NCBI GenBank assembly: GCA_013416795.1
Contig: RQSC01000002.1
Coordinates: forward strand, 158,351 to 222,350
Length of the DNA: 64,000 nucleotides
Direction of reading: 5' to 3'
Source of the DNA: Prasinococcaceae sp. CCMP 1430
Lineage: Eukaryota; Plantae; Prasinodermophyta
A program made the position numbers and the translations under genes. Numbering within the stretch: position 1 is the stretch's first letter; the number at the start of each line of letters is the position of its first letter. The notes below the pieces were generated by a model. That model did no database searches. It was not told the origin of the DNA and worked only from the letters and a program-made list of their open reading frames with translations. This document shows, piece by piece, positions 62,772 through 64,000 of this stretch.

Positions 62772-63998
62772 TCATGGGCTGCGCAGCCTCAGCTCGAGCT
62801 CCTCGTCTGTGTCGGCGTCGGGCGGAGTAGTGCACTCCTCGCGCGCGCTCGCAGTTGCGAACGTCGTAATGAGCCCAAAATGGTCTGATATGAAGAGTGG
62901 CCTGGCGACGTCCGTCGCATTCTTGCCGCCTGCCATGCGCACACAGTACTCGCCAGGCACGGCAGAGTCACCAACGAGGTCGATGGCCGACGCACGCAGC
63001 ACGTCGCCGTCGAGGCGCGCGACGCATCGGTCGAGCCGGAGCCCCCCTTCCGCGCCGAGCCAGTCCGCGAGCATCTTGTTGCGCCGCGTGTCGTAAGTAA
63101 AGCCGCGCTCGCCGCTCGAAGCTTTCAGCACTGGCCATGCGTCGAACCAGCCGCGCGTTAGGGGCATGGCGCCGTCTTTCGTGCTGAAATCACCGTCCTC
63201 GAAGCGCGCGTCGCCCCAATTCATATCGCCGCACAAGATCAGGCCCGCGCACGCTTCGGCATCCTCGGTCCACAGCGAATCGAGCGCGCAAAGTGCTTGT
63301 GTCAGCTGAGAGCACCTTTCCTCCTTGAACCATCGGCCCCCACGCACGTCGGGCGATTCGAGGTGGGTGGCCCCGACCCAGACGTGCATGCCAGCCCCGA
63401 TGTCGAGCTTCGCCACGAGGGCCGCCCTGCCGGAGCGCGTGTTGAAGAAAGGCACGGTATCCACATCGAGGATGCGGAGGCGCTTGCGCACGAGCATGAC
63501 ATTGCCGCCGTCGCGCGCAAATCGCGTGTGGACCTTGGGGTGTGCGAGCGCGTAGCCCTCGTACCATGCGGCCTCTCCGATGGCGTGAAGGAGGGCAGGG
63601 TAAGGCTCCTGCATGCATATGACGTCCGGGCACAGCTCGCCCAAAAGCGCGACCGCGGCCGCGGCCCGGCGCAGCTGCGTGCCGGCACCGCGCGCGTCAC
63701 CCCACATGTTGAACGTGAGCACCTTGAGGCGGCGAATGAGCGGCGGCTTGTGCGCCGCCGCCGGCGGGCCGGCCCGCGCGGAGCACGGCCCGACAGCCGC
63801 GCGCCCCTTCTCTGGCGACGCCTCAAGCAGCACACCGGCCGATGACGCGTCGCCGTCATCGATGTACGGCCGAGGCCGCACGCGCCGCCGCCGCTTCGCC
63901 GTCGACGGCGCCGCGCCGCCGCTGCCTGCGGTGCCCGAGGCGCCCGCGCCGTGCTTCTGGCTGTCGGCCTCGAGCACGAGCGCCCCGCCGCCGGCCAT
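62772..63998 (-). CDS. TDP2: TDP2-like EEP-family phosphodiesterase (may extend beyond the window)
   Basis: LTFNMW, DVICMQE, ATHLES, ERCSQL, CGDMNW, GWFDAW, GFTYDTRRNKM, LRLDR and SDHFGL. Confidence 0.85.
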   Translation of the reverse strand: MAGGGALVLEADSQKHGAGASGTAGSGGAAPSTAKRRRRVRPRPYIDDGDASSAGVLLEASPEKGRAAVGPCSARAGPPAAAHKPPLIRRLKVLTFNMWGDARGAGTQLRRAAAAVALLGELCPDVICMQEPYPALLHAIGEAAWYEGYALAHPKVHTRFARDGGNVMLVRKRLRILDVDTVPFFNTRSGRAALVAKLDIGAGMHVWVGATHLESPDVRGGRWFKEERCSQLTQALCALDSLWTEDAEACAGLILCGDMNWGDARFEDGDFSTKDGAMPLTRGWFDAWPVLKASSGERGFTYDTRRNKMLADWLGAEGGLRLDRCVARLDGDVLRASAIDLVGDSAVPGEYCVRMAGGKNATDVARPLFISDHFGLITTFATASAREECTTPPDADTDEELELRLRSP

Positions 63999-64000
63999 CC

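Noticed and set aside
1-64000. tRNA, rRNA, snRNA, transposase, reverse transcriptase or viral core genes
   Set aside because: None were recognised by eye; a covariance-model and HMM scan would be needed to exclude divergent ones.

Overview
This is a gene-dense, very GC-rich (roughly 70% by eye) eukaryotic nuclear scaffold from a green alga. The evidence is plant-type starch synthase I, GDP-mannose epimerase, an SLT Na+/sulfate transporter and a thylakoid-lumen pentapeptide protein. GTGCG/GTGAG donors and CTGAC branch points point to a prasinophyte-like lineage (inference). About 27 near-complete genes are supported, mostly as convergent pairs with very short 3' spacers. They include SRP72, MgtE, a PUFA-type elongase, SS1, a DDT/WSD chromatin protein, a Zwint/Sos7-like protein, SAP-RNase Z, SULTR, an RlmD/TrmA methyltransferase, SLT, ABCF, RIOX1/NO66, GME, NFACT-R, PP2A B'', an ExoIII-family AP endonuclease and TDP2. 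The assembly is imperfect: four N gaps, four single-N joins each next to an orphan gene fragment (LeuC, ankyrin, ClpC, PRP28), and apparent frameshifts at (GC)n runs. The strongest leads are: (1) a 1369-aa protein with about five alternating EF-hand/p25alpha(TPPP)-like modules ending in a GCRCAIM dual-lipidation motif; (2) a stand-alone dynein-MTBD-like domain on a 1009-aa coiled-coil protein; (3) a patchwork of decaying EF-G, UROD and other gene fragments joined by GTAC-rich filler beside an AT-rich island, with apparently AT-to-GC-biased decay; (4) SLC26 and SLC13 sulfate transporters about 7 kb apart with shared upstream motifs; (5) TGTA(C/A/T) elements, often palindromic, shared by convergent gene 3' ends. 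No tRNA, rRNA, CRISPR array or transposase was recognised. All family calls come from motif recognition by eye, not database searches.
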